A stretch of DNA of 64,000 nt. It comes from Nitrospirota bacterium. Lineage in GTDB: Bacteria > Nitrospirota > UBA9217. The stretch covers positions 416,001-480,000 of the forward strand of contig CAWCKW010000012.1 of NCBI GenBank assembly GCA_963796285.1, given 5' to 3'. The notes beneath the pieces were generated by a model. The model was not told the origin of the DNA, did not search any database, and worked only from the letters and a program-made list of their open reading frames with translations. Made by a program: the position numbers and the translations under genes. The first letter of the stretch is position 1. Every line of letters begins with the position of its first letter. Below are positions 39,786-52,247 of the stretch, piece by piece.

Positions 39786-41540
39786 ATGAACGAAAAATCT
39801 TACAAAGGGATCGTGGCATCCCCAGGCATCGTGATCGGCAGGGCGTACCTTCTCGACCGCCGCAAGGTGGTAGTGGCGGGCAGGCGGATAGAGGCTGTCA
39901 GCGTCAAGGACGAGGTGTCACGGTTCAAGAAAGCGGTGGACGTCTCCAAGGCCCAACTCGAGGAGCTCAAGAAGCGGTTTACGAAAGGGCTTGGGAAATC
40001 CCATCTCTACATCCTCGAAACCCACATCATGCTGCTCGAAGACAAGATGCTCGTCGAAAGCACGGTCAAGCGGATCAAGGAATATCTTCTGAACGCTGAA
40101 GGCGCGCTCAAGGAGACGATCGCTGCCATCGGGCTGAAGTTCGATACCATCGAAGACGAATATCTCCGCGATCGCAAACTGGACGTTGAACAGGTCGGTG
40201 AGAGGATCCTGCGCAACCTCGTGGGACATAAGCAGGAGAGCCTTGCCGATATCAACGAAGAGGCCGTGATCATCGCACACGATCTCGCTCCGACCGACAC
40301 ACTCATGATGCGAAAGGACAAGATCCTCGGATTCGCCACCGATGCAGGCAGCCGGACATCGCACACGGCCATCCTCGCCCGTTCGCTCGGCATCCCCGCG
40401 GCGGTCGGTCTGGAGAGCATCAGTAAAGCGGTCAAGACCGGCGACGTGGTCATTCTCGACGGTATTCACGGTGTAGTGATCGTCGACCCGGACGAAGAGA
40501 CGTTTCTCGATTACCTCAAGAAGCAGCGGCAGTATAAGTATTTCGAACAGGAGCTCCAGAAGCTCAAGTCGCTGCCCGCCGAGACCCTCGACGGACATAT
40601 GGTCCATCTCCAGGGCAATATCGAGCTTCCGGAGGAGGTCGCGTCCGTACAGGACCATGGCGGCACCGGTATCGGGCTATATCGCACCGAGTTTCTGTTC
40701 ATGAACAGGTCGACCTTGCCGACCGAGGAGGAGCATTACATAGCCTACCGCCATGTGGCAGAGAAGGCATCGCCCCATGAGGTGGTGATCCGTACGCTCG
40801 ATGTGGGCGGCGACAAGATCGGCCTGCCGGGCGGCTTTGACCGGGAGTCGAACCCCGCGCTTGGCCTCAGGGGGATCCGCTTTTGTCTCAAGAACCGCGA
40901 CATTTTCAAGCCACAGCTGCGCGGTCTCTTCAGAGCGACTGCTCACGGGAACATCAAGCTCCTCATTCCCATGATCTCTGGCCTGTCCGAGCTGCACGAG
41001 ACCAAGAGGGTCATCGAAGAAGTGAAGGCAGAGCTCAGGGCCGAAAGCAGGGCTTTCAATGAACAGGTGGAGATCGGGGTGATGATCGAGATCCCGTCAG
41101 CCGCAATGATCGCCGATCTTCTCGCACAGGAAGTCAACTTCTTCAGCGTGGGAACGAACGACCTGATCCAGTACACACTCGCGATCGACCGCCAGAATGA
41201 GCACGTTGCGTACATGTACGAGCCCCTCGACCCGGCGGTGCTTCGGTTCCTGAAGAGCGTGTCGGAGGCCGCGCGTCACGCGAACATCACGCTCGCGATG
41301 TGCGGTGAGATGGCGGGTGACCCGCTTTATTCGACGATCCTTATCGGTATGGGATTCCAGCGCCTGAGCATGAATGTGGCCTCGATCCCCTGGGTAAAAA
41401 AAGTGGTCAGATCGGTCCGCATGCAGGACGCAGTCGAACTTGCATCGCTCGTGATGCAGCAACCCACGGCCGCATTGGCAAGAAAGACAGTGGAACACTT
41501 TATGGAAGAACGGTTCCCGGATCTTGCAGCGGAACTGTGA
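39786..41540 (+). CDS. ptsI: PTS enzyme I
   Basis: TSHTAI, GIGLYRTEFLF, GTNDLIQY and CGEMAGD motifs. Confidence 0.96.
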   Translation: MNEKSYKGIVASPGIVIGRAYLLDRRKVVVAGRRIEAVSVKDEVSRFKKAVDVSKAQLEELKKRFTKGLGKSHLYILETHIMLLEDKMLVESTVKRIKEYLLNAEGALKETIAAIGLKFDTIEDEYLRDRKLDVEQVGERILRNLVGHKQESLADINEEAVIIAHDLAPTDTLMMRKDKILGFATDAGSRTSHTAILARSLGIPAAVGLESISKAVKTGDVVILDGIHGVVIVDPDEETFLDYLKKQRQYKYFEQELQKLKSLPAETLDGHMVHLQGNIELPEEVASVQDHGGTGIGLYRTEFLFMNRSTLPTEEEHYIAYRHVAEKASPHEVVIRTLDVGGDKIGLPGGFDRESNPALGLRGIRFCLKNRDIFKPQLRGLFRATAHGNIKLLIPMISGLSELHETKRVIEEVKAELRAESRAFNEQVEIGVMIEIPSAAMIADLLAQEVNFFSVGTNDLIQYTLAIDRQNEHVAYMYEPLDPAVLRFLKSVSEAARHANITLAMCGEMAGDPLYSTILIGMGFQRLSMNVASIPWVKKVVRSVRMQDAVELASLVMQQPTAALARKTVEHFMEERFPDLAAEL

Positions 41541-41667
41541 AGGAAATTCGGATTGAGGAATGAGAATCAAAAGTCCTCTGGATTTGAATGTGCGATCCGG
41601 GATCCATAAGAGAAGGGGAGTCCGGCAGTGCAGAATGCGGAAATTGGCCTAGACAAGATGGCGCGCG

Positions 41668-42753
41668 GTGGTGACGTTCAAAAGATCACCAAGAACCCAC
41701 GGTGGGAATATCTACGCAGCGGCGAAGCGCTATGGCCTCAAAGAAAAGAAGATCATTGATTTCAGCTCGAATGTGAATCCCTTGGGACCGTCATCCGTGG
41801 CAATACACGCGGCGAAAAAAGCCCTCTCGTACATCGACCGCTATCCCGACCCGGACATGCGCGAGCTGCGCACGGCGATCGCACGGTATTTCGGCATCAA
41901 GCCGGGGCACGTTATGTGCGGCAACGGATCGAATGGCATCATTCATCTCATCCCTCGCGTATTCAGGCCGAAAAAGGTATTGATCCCATTCCCGACCTTT
42001 TCGGAATACACTGCCGCAGTGCGAGACGCCGGTGGCGAGGTTGTGCCATTCCCTCTTTTGGAGCGGGCAGGTTTCCGGATAGACCCGCTTGAGATATCGT
42101 TTGCACTGAAAGACGTGGACATGGCATTCCTCTGCAATCCCAACAATCCAACCGGTCAGATTATTCCCAAAGCGGAGATGCTCGAGATCGTACAGTATGC
42201 TCGTGAGCACGGGGTGGGACTGGTAGTAGACGAAGCATTCATGGACTTTATGGAATCCGAATCGATCATCAAAGAAGCGGTGGAATCGTCCCACCTGATC
42301 TGTCTGAGGGCCTTCACCAAGTTATTCGGCATGCCGGGGCTCCGGATCGGGTACGCCGTGTCCGATGAGAGGACCATTGCTGCTCTGCGTGAGGGGCAGG
42401 AACCGTGGACAGTAAGCATTCCCGCCGAGCAGGCTGCGATCGCGGTCTTAGGTCATTGGTCCTATATCAGCAAAACCCGCCGGTTGATAGAAAAAGAGCG
42501 CAGCCGTCTTCTTTCAGCCCTCAGGATCCTGCCCGGCGTAGAGACATTTCCCTGCTCCGCGAATTTTATCTTCATCAAACTCACCTCCATGGATGTCCCG
42601 ATGTTTGTCGACAAACTCGGTGAACGCGGGATGCTGGTTCGAGACTGCTCTTCCTTTGCCGGGCTTGATAAAAGCTATATCAGGATCGCGGTACGGACAG
42701 GCCGGGAGAATAAGCGATTGATCAAAGCGTTCAGAGAGTTGCTGGTGCGGTAA
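41668..42753 (+). CDS. cobD: threonine-phosphate decarboxylase (CobD) or HisC-like PLP enzyme
   Basis: HGGNIY, DFSSNVNPLG, CNPNNPTG, DEAFMDF and PGLRIGY motifs. Confidence 0.8.
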   Translation: MVTFKRSPRTHGGNIYAAAKRYGLKEKKIIDFSSNVNPLGPSSVAIHAAKKALSYIDRYPDPDMRELRTAIARYFGIKPGHVMCGNGSNGIIHLIPRVFRPKKVLIPFPTFSEYTAAVRDAGGEVVPFPLLERAGFRIDPLEISFALKDVDMAFLCNPNNPTGQIIPKAEMLEIVQYAREHGVGLVVDEAFMDFMESESIIKEAVESSHLICLRAFTKLFGMPGLRIGYAVSDERTIAALREGQEPWTVSIPAEQAAIAVLGHWSYISKTRRLIEKERSRLLSALRILPGVETFPCSANFIFIKLTSMDVPMFVDKLGERGMLVRDCSSFAGLDKSYIRIAVRTGRENKRLIKAFRELLVR

Positions 42754-43033
42754 CCTTCCCCCTCTGTACAGTGCAACCCGATACTATCGAAAAAAACCTG
42801 CCACTAGGCACGGCGTACGTTAACTGTTAAAATCCAAATTTAAAACAAGTTCAGAAGATGAAAATTAAAATTGTTAAAATATTGGTGCTTGGTTTATTGA
42901 TTTGAATCTTGACGTCGACATTAGAAATAACAATCTTCATGACAATGGGACTGTAGTTCAAGCAGGTTTTCCACGAGTCTATCAAACAGAGGAATTGACA
43001 CTATTTGTCGTACACCCGCAATCCGATATTTTC

Positions 43034-43061
43034 TTGACAACACAATGGGTTTTTGTATAAT
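43034..43061 (+). promoter_or_regulatory. sigma70 promoter for glyQ
   Basis: TTGACA-N16-TATAAT about 50 nt upstream of the start. Confidence 0.65.
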
Positions 43062-43110
43062 AGCACTCTATTTTCCTATCTTTCCGAGTTTTTCCGTGCA
43101 GGGGTAATCC

Positions 43111-43981
43111 TTGACATTTCAGGACCTTATTCTTACATTACAGAACTACTGGGCCTCTAAAGGCTGTGTCCTTCATCAGCCGTATGACACCGAGGTCGGC
43201 GCAGGGACGTTTCATCCCGCTACGTTTCTCCGCGTTCTGGGCCCTGAACCGTGGAAAGCTGCTTATGTCCAGCCTTCGCGCAGACCCACAGACGGGCGCT
43301 ATGGCGAGAACCCCAACCGATTGCAGCACTATTACCAGTTCCAGGTGATCCTGAAGCCCCATCCGGAAAATGTCCAGGAACTCTATCTCGAGAGCCTCGT
43401 TCAGCTCGGCATTAACCCCCTGAAGCACGATATTCGTTTTGTCGAGGATGATTGGGAGTCGCCCACGCTCGGGGCTTGGGGCCTCGGGTGGGAGATCTGG
43501 CTGAACGGCATGGAGATCACCCAGTTCACCTATTTCCAGCAGGTTGGCGGCATTGATCTTAAGCCCGTTTCCGCCGAGCTTACCTATGGAGTGGAGCGGC
43601 TTGCCATGTATCTCCAGGGCGTGAACAATGTGTATGACCTCGTGTGGACCAAGGGCGTGAAGTACGGCGATATCCACCATGACACGGAAGTTCAGTTCTC
43701 GAAATATAACTTCGAGCTTTCCGACCGGGAGATGCTTTTCCGGCAGTTCGAATCGTATGAGCGGGAAAGCGAGAAGCTTATCAAGGCAGGGGTCGTGTTC
43801 CCGGCCTACGACTACTGTCTCAAGTGCTCGCACACCTTCAACCTGCTCGATGCCGCCGGCGCGATCAGCGTGACCGAGACGGACGGGCTACATCGGGCGC
43901 GTGCGGAAGCTTGCGCGCCTGTGCGCCCACGCGTACCTGGCGGACCGGGTGGCGAAAGACTTCCCGATGTTGAAGAAATAG
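43111..43981 (+). CDS. glyQ: glycyl-tRNA synthetase alpha subunit with an apparent 1-bp insertion near 43879
   Basis: GAGTFHPAT and [14 protein letters not shown] motifs; the conserved end (SVTE)[19 protein letters not shown]...FPMLKK* continues in the +1 frame. Confidence 0.92.
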
Positions 43982-44017
43982 GGTTAGGGTTCAGGGATCG
44001 AGGCAAAGCGACAACCG

Positions 44018-44110
44018 TTTCGCGCAAAGACGCAGAGGACGCAAAGGGAGACAATTCAGAAGTTAATTCAGTTCAAGTTTTTCTTTGCGCTTTGCGGCTT
44101 AGCGCGAGAA
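44018..44110. repeat. intergenic inverted repeat
   Basis: TTTCGCGCAAAGACGCAGAGGACGCAAAG ... CTTTGCGCTTTGCGGCTTAGCGCGAGA. Confidence 0.65.
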
Positions 44111-44130
44111 AAGTTATTTTGGAGTTTTCT

Positions 44131-46197
44131 TTGGCAAAAGAATTCCTATTAGAGATCGGCACCGAAGAGATACCGTCCCGCTTCATCAACCCGGCGCTCG
44201 AGAAGATGAAGGAACTGTTCGCAGGGCTTCTTGCCGCGGGGCGCGTCGTATCGCGTGGCGACATGAAGGTCTACGGTACGCCGCGGCGGCTTGTTTTATA
44301 CATTCCCGAAATGGACGAGCGCCAGGCGGACATTTCGAAAGAAGTGACCGGTCCTCCGAAAAAAATCGCCTTTGACGCTGAAGGCAAACCCACGAAAGCG
44401 GCGACGGTGTTCGCAGAGAAGAACGGCATCCCGGTGAGCGCGCTCGCGTTCAAGACAACGGACAAGGGCGAGTACGTGGTCGCGCGCATCGATGAAAAGG
44501 GCGGGGACACGGCGGAGTGGCTCAAACAGGTGCTGCCTGGGTTCATCCTTTCCATCCCTTTTCCGAAGACCATGCGCTGGATGGACAAGGACATCCGGTT
44601 CGCCCGGCCCATCCACTGGGTGCTCGCCCTGTGGGGCGGTTCTGTAGTAGAGTTCGAGCTGGGCGGCATCAGGAGCGGCAGTCTCTCCCGCGGCCACCGG
44701 TTCATGAGTCCCGGCGCGTTCCTGGTCAAGGATTTCAAATCCTACCTGTCGCAGGCTGAGCCGAATTACGTCGTGCTCGACCCGGAGGTGCGGAAACAAC
44801 GGATCATAACACAGATAGAGGAACTCGCGAGATCACAGGGAGGCGCAGTGCTCGACGACCCTGGCCTCGTGGAAGAGGTGGCAAATCTCGTGGAGTTTCC
44901 GGTAGCGGTCATGGGCACGTTCAACAAGGATTACCTTCGGGTGCCGAAAGAGGTCCTGATCATGGCCATGCGTGAGCACCAGCGGTATTTCAGCGTCGTG
45001 GGATATGACGGCAACCTGCTCCCGTACTTTATCACGATCAGCAATACGCGGGCCGAGGACATGGAGATCGTCCGTGCCGGGAATGAGCGCGTGCTCGCGG
45101 CCCGCCTTTCGGATGCGGCCTATTTCTTCGATCACGATTTAAAACAGCCGCTTGCTGCCCGGGTTGAAGGGCTCAAAAAGGTCATGTATCAGGAGAAGCT
45201 CGGCACGACCTTCGACAAGACCATTCGCGTAAAGGCGCTTGCAGCGTATCTTGCGGGGCTGTTCAGTTCGGACATCCGTGTGGCCGAGCGGGCCTCCGAA
45301 TTGTGCAAGGCCGATCTGCTTACGGGCGTGGTGGGGGAATTCCCAAAACTCCAGGGTGTGATGGGCAGGCACTATGCCCTCATCTCCGGAGAAGATCCGA
45401 GAGTGGCCGATGCGATCCTTGAACATTACCTTCCTCGTTTCGCGGGAGATAAACTGCCCGGGACCCTTGAAGGCGTGTGCGTCGGGATCGCGGACCGGAT
45501 CGACACGATCACGGGGTGTTTCTCCGTTGGCCTGATTCCGAGCGGCTCCGAAGACCCCTATGGCCTCCGGAGGCAGTCCGTTGCCATCCTGAACATGCTG
45601 CTAGATCGAGGCCTGAGACTCTCGCTTGCAGATCTGATCGCCGAGGCATGCAAGGGGTTTGCTACCCGGAACAAGCTCAAAGAAGACACGCTGGATTTCT
45701 TCCGGCAGCGGCTTGCGGGCATCCTCGCCGCAGAAGGCATCCGCTCCGATGTGGTGGATGCCGCGCTGTCCGTCGGGTTCGACGACCCTCTTATCGGGCG
45801 CGAGAAGGTGCGGGCACTCGACGGCCTCCGGATATCGGAGGATTACCAACCGCTGGTAACGGCCCTTAAGCGCGCAGGCAACATTCTGCCGAAGGACTTT
45901 GCTGGCGCGGTCAAGAAGAGCGCCCTGATACTGGACGCAGAGAAGGCGCTCAACGAGGCGTTCACGGAGATCAGGGACCGGGTGAAGGACAAGACGGCGA
46001 AGCTCGATTTCCGGGGGGCGCTCGCAGATATTGCCTCGCTCAGGAAGCCGGTTGACGCCTTCTTCGATACGGTCATGGTCATGGACAAGGACGCAGAGGT
46101 GAAGGCGAACCGTATGGCGCTTCTCGCCGGCGTGACAGGGCTTTTCGCCGGGATCGCGGATTTTTCGCGCCTCGTGCTTGGCGCTGAAGAGAAGTAG
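44131..46197 (+). CDS. glyS: glycyl-tRNA synthetase beta subunit
   Basis: TTG start after GGAG; [28 protein letters not shown] and DPYGLRR motifs. Confidence 0.93.
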   Translation: MAKEFLLEIGTEEIPSRFINPALEKMKELFAGLLAAGRVVSRGDMKVYGTPRRLVLYIPEMDERQADISKEVTGPPKKIAFDAEGKPTKAATVFAEKNGIPVSALAFKTTDKGEYVVARIDEKGGDTAEWLKQVLPGFILSIPFPKTMRWMDKDIRFARPIHWVLALWGGSVVEFELGGIRSGSLSRGHRFMSPGAFLVKDFKSYLSQAEPNYVVLDPEVRKQRIITQIEELARSQGGAVLDDPGLVEEVANLVEFPVAVMGTFNKDYLRVPKEVLIMAMREHQRYFSVVGYDGNLLPYFITISNTRAEDMEIVRAGNERVLAARLSDAAYFFDHDLKQPLAARVEGLKKVMYQEKLGTTFDKTIRVKALAAYLAGLFSSDIRVAERASELCKADLLTGVVGEFPKLQGVMGRHYALISGEDPRVADAILEHYLPRFAGDKLPGTLEGVCVGIADRIDTITGCFSVGLIPSGSEDPYGLRRQSVAILNMLLDRGLRLSLADLIAEACKGFATRNKLKEDTLDFFRQRLAGILAAEGIRSDVVDAALSVGFDDPLIGREKVRALDGLRISEDYQPLVTALKRAGNILPKDFAGAVKKSALILDAEKALNEAFTEIRDRVKDKTAKLDFRGALADIASLRKPVDAFFDTVMVMDKDAEVKANRMALLAGVTGLFAGIADFSRLVLGAEEK

Positions 46198-46263
46198 CAG
46201 GGGTCAGGAGTGAGGGGTCAGGACATTAATACTGACTCCTGACTTCTGGCTTCTGCATTCTGA
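46198..46263. repeat. 7-bp-periodic imperfect inverted repeat
   Basis: caggggt caggagt gaggggt cagg ... ctgactc ctgactt ctggctt ctgcatt ctga. Confidence 0.7.
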
Positions 46264-46289
46264 TAAATCATATCCAGGAGGATAGTTCT

Positions 46290-48971
<2,682 letters not shown>

Positions 48972-48988
48972 AATTTGTCTGATATCTG

Positions 48989-49019
48989 ACAAGGGCGGCG
49001 AATGCCGCCCTTGTTTTTT
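48989..49019 (+). terminator. rho-independent terminator after ppdK
   Basis: ACAAGGGCGGC-GAAT-GCCGCCCTTGT followed by a T tract. Confidence 0.85.
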
Positions 49020-49084
49020 ATTGGACAGGATGTGTACGAAGTGGTGGTATTACTCTTAGCCGTTTGTTTATGATACGAAGGCAC

Positions 49085-50191
49085 ATGAACACTCTAGATG
49101 AAAAATACATGCGCATGGCGCTTCGCCTTGCTGAGAAAGCCGCAGGCCGTACGAACCCAAATCCCATGGTGGGGGCCGTGGTGGTGATGAGCGGCAAGGT
49201 CATCAGTCGCGGCTATCACCGGAAGGCGGGGGAACCACATGCCGAGGCGATCGCGCTCAAGAAAGCGGGCAAGGCGGCCAAAGGCGCGACGCTTTATGTG
49301 ACGCTTGAGCCATGCTCGCATACGGACAAACGAACACCACCATGCACACCGCTCGTTCTGCAAAGCGGCGTCAAGCGGGTCGTGGTGGCCATGATCGACC
49401 CGAACCCGCTTGTCTCCGGCAGAGGCATCAGGACCCTGAGGAAGTCAGGTATTGAAGTGGTTACCGGAGTGCTCGAAGCGGACGCGAAAAAGCTGAACGA
49501 GGCGTTCATAAAATACATCACCACCGGCATGCCCTTTGTTACTCTCAAGATCGCCCAGACCCTCGATGGGAGGATCGCGACCGCTGCCGGTGAATCGAAA
49601 TGGATAACCGGCGAAAAGGCGCGGGAAGAAGGGCACAGGCTCCGCGATATCAACGATGCGATCCTCGTAGGGATCAATACGGTCTTGAAAGATGATCCTT
49701 CTCTTACAGCGAGGATTCCTGGAGGCCGCGATCCCATCCGCGTCATTGTTGATACCAAACTCAGGACCCCGCTGAACGCGAAGGTCATTACTCAGAAATC
49801 ATCGGCAAAAACCCTCATCGCCACGCTCGAAACCATGCCAAAAGACAATCTCGTCAAGCTTTTGGACACGGGCGCGGAAATACTGTTAGCTAAGGGAAGG
49901 AACGGGCAGGTAGACCTGAAATATCTCATGAAAATGCTCGGCAGCTTCGGGATCACCTCCGTGCTCATCGAGGGCGGTGCTGAAGTGAATGCATCGGCGC
50001 TGAAGTCAGGCATCGTTGACAAGGTCGTCCTGTTCGTTGCGCCGATGCTGATGACGGGCAGAGATTCACTCTGTTCCATCGGCGGTGCGTCGCCGATGAA
50101 GCTTGCTCAGTCCATAGGCCTTTCTGATATGCAAGCGCGAATAATCGGACAGGATCTGATGATAGAAGGGTATGTTAAAAAGACGCGTTAG
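49085..50191 (+). CDS. ribD: riboflavin biosynthesis deaminase/reductase
   Basis: PNPMVGAV, HAE, TLEPCSH..TPPC, SKWITG and IEGG motifs. Confidence 0.96.
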   Translation: MNTLDEKYMRMALRLAEKAAGRTNPNPMVGAVVVMSGKVISRGYHRKAGEPHAEAIALKKAGKAAKGATLYVTLEPCSHTDKRTPPCTPLVLQSGVKRVVVAMIDPNPLVSGRGIRTLRKSGIEVVTGVLEADAKKLNEAFIKYITTGMPFVTLKIAQTLDGRIATAAGESKWITGEKAREEGHRLRDINDAILVGINTVLKDDPSLTARIPGGRDPIRVIVDTKLRTPLNAKVITQKSSAKTLIATLETMPKDNLVKLLDTGAEILLAKGRNGQVDLKYLMKMLGSFGITSVLIEGGAEVNASALKSGIVDKVVLFVAPMLMTGRDSLCSIGGASPMKLAQSIGLSDMQARIIGQDLMIEGYVKKTR

Positions 50192-50246
50192 CTTGGATTG
50201 GTTTCTTGCCGACGTGCCTTGACATGTGCATAGAGCAAATAGAGCG

Positions 50247-50790
50247 TTATCCAGCAAGTACAATAACGATGTCCCAGTATTCAATTCTCGTCATATCCTT
50301 CCGGAAGGACACCATGCTATTCTCTCCAGCATAACCAATCCCAATCATTATTGAAATTGCGGCCAGCGCTGAGACTGCATCGGTCAGGAGAAACTTCAGC
50401 AGCCGTATTTTCAAGATCCCTGCCACGAGAATTATCTGGACCCGGAGACCGATCAAGAGTCGTCCGAACAGAACATAGAAAACGCCCCTGAGTTTGAACC
50501 GGGCCTCGGGTTTTGTCAGTTTATCTAGAGATAAAAAACAATGGAACTGGTGACGGACCACGATCTGTTTCGTCTTTATTTGCTGCCGAGATGATAGATA
50601 TGGTATCTGCGACCAACAGCCCGTATACGAGCATACGACAGCTGCGGAGGGAATGTATGACTTTCTGGGCGATCAGGAGCTTGCACAGCATAAGGGTGGC
50701 GCCTTCAGCAAAGGGAAGGCCGATCCGGCTGAGGAGGAGCAGGCGGAAGCGTCCAATGTACGGATAAGCTCTGTGAATTGTGAAACATTT
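50247..50790 (-). pseudogene. degraded DedA family membrane protein
   Basis: Fragments YPYIG..LLLL..IGLPFAEGATLMLC and LFGRLLIGLRVQIILVAG..KFLLTDAVSA lie in different frames. Confidence 0.6.
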
Positions 50791-50817
50791 GCCAGGGTAT
50801 TATCTTCTATCAATAAG

Positions 50818-51216
50818 TTAAAGGCTGTGGACGAGGTATAAAACCAGAAAAAAACCGACCGCTATGATCGATATGGCAAGGAGCACGCTCAAGATAGCTG
50901 ACGGTTGATATGAGTCATCATCAATCTGGCGTTCGACCTTCTTGTATCTGATGAACGCCAGCACGCTCATCACCATGCCGAGTCCGACAAGGATGATTCC
51001 GATCATCGAAGAATATCCCTGGGGCGGGGGAACAGTCTCTTTCCCCAGGTAATAGGCCATCTGTTTCACGAACAGGGAGAACTTCTCAACCACGAATCCG
51101 AAGGCCATGATCGAAATGCTCGTCCGTATCCAGGCAAGGAATGTCCGTTCGTTCGCCATGTGAACACGACGGTTGCGGACCGGTGCAGGACGCATATCTG
51201 TGCTCATGTCCATCAT
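50818..51216 (-). CDS. DUF202/YidH family membrane protein
   Basis: HMANERTFLAWIRTSI motif. Confidence 0.9.
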   Translation of the reverse strand: MMDMSTDMRPAPVRNRRVHMANERTFLAWIRTSISIMAFGFVVEKFSLFVKQMAYYLGKETVPPPQGYSSMIGIILVGLGMVMSVLAFIRYKKVERQIDDDSYQPSAILSVLLAISIIAVGFFLVLYLVHSL

Positions 51217-51220
51217 CCCT

Positions 51221-51808
51221 TCACCCCTCAATGAATTTGAATATCCCGCTCCTGATCATCTTTACGGCGATGGCCGCCAACAGCAGGGCCGCAACCTTGG
51301 CAAAGGCGCGCGAACCATTGATGCCGACAATCTTGATGATGCGGTCTGCCTGAGCGAAGATAAGCCAGGCGAACAGGATGTTCACGACGAGTGACAGGAT
51401 AACCGGAATATACCCGTAATTGCCGACCAGGATGAGGGTAGTGGCGAGCGTTGCAGGTCCGGCGATGAGCGGTGTGCCGAAGGGAACAACGCCGAAGGTA
51501 GGGCTGACCGGGTATTTCTTTTCCCCGGCGCGAACGATGTCGAGGATCGCGATGATCATCAGCACGATCCCGCCGGCGATCATGAAGTCCTCCACCGTGA
51601 TGGCGAGGGCGGTGAACACGGCCCTGCCCAGAAACGTGAAGCCGATGGTGATGAGAAAGGCCGTAAGGATGGACTGACGCACAATCTTCTGGCGCTCATG
51701 CTTCTTTAATCCCTCGGTCATAGCAATGTAGATCGGAAGTGTCCCTGGCGCGTCGAGTGCCACCATTATGGGAATGATGCTTAACAAAAAAGAATTGAGT
51801 ATGTCCAC
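51221..51808 (-). CDS. MarC family membrane protein
   Basis: FMIAGGIVL and VVPFGTPLIAGPAT motifs. Confidence 0.9.
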   Translation of the reverse strand: MDILNSFLLSIIPIMVALDAPGTLPIYIAMTEGLKKHERQKIVRQSILTAFLITIGFTFLGRAVFTALAITVEDFMIAGGIVLMIIAILDIVRAGEKKYPVSPTFGVVPFGTPLIAGPATLATTLILVGNYGYIPVILSLVVNILFAWLIFAQADRIIKIVGINGSRAFAKVAALLLAAIAVKMIRSGIFKFIEG

Positions 51809-52180
51809 ACTATCTCCCACAAAGAAGTATAGCTGATATCCCCTGGGCTGTCCAGCTCTTCGGCATATTTATTGGACACCGCAGTGCCGAACGATGGATG
51901 GTCATATAGTATTGTCTTAGCGAAATCGATAAGTAATTTGTGAAAAAAGAGGAAAGGAATAAATATCATAAAAAATGTGGGCACCGTTGCCCGGGTTGTC
52001 AGGACGGTCTTTGCGGTCGTTAATGCAATTCTCTATTTTGCCTCCATCCAATCGGTAGCCCGGCATTTATTATACGTGGCTTTTTCGTCATTATTACGTT
52101 TCTCAAGAGCATAGCGGCGGTCTGTCCTTTATATAAGCAGCTCGGAATGCCGATGATCGAGAAATAAAAGTGATGCATTG

Positions 52181-52216
52181 AAAAAAAAGGCCGCCCCTCA
52201 TATGAGGGGCGGCCTT
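52181..52216 (-). terminator. rho-independent terminator of the cytochrome operon
   Basis: Minus strand AAGGCCGCCCCTCA-TA-TGAGGGGCGGCC followed by T8. Confidence 0.85.
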
Positions 52217-52247
52217 GCATCGTTCATTGATGGAATGTTCTACCGGT

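Noticed and set aside
42760-43110. T-box leader for glyQS
   Set aside because: A consensus promoter lies only about 50 nt before the start, and no T-box motif or terminator is visible
43111-46197. Genuine fused glycyl-tRNA synthetase
   Set aside because: The conserved GlyQ C-terminus lies in another frame and glyS has its own RBS and start; best explained as a 1-bp insertion
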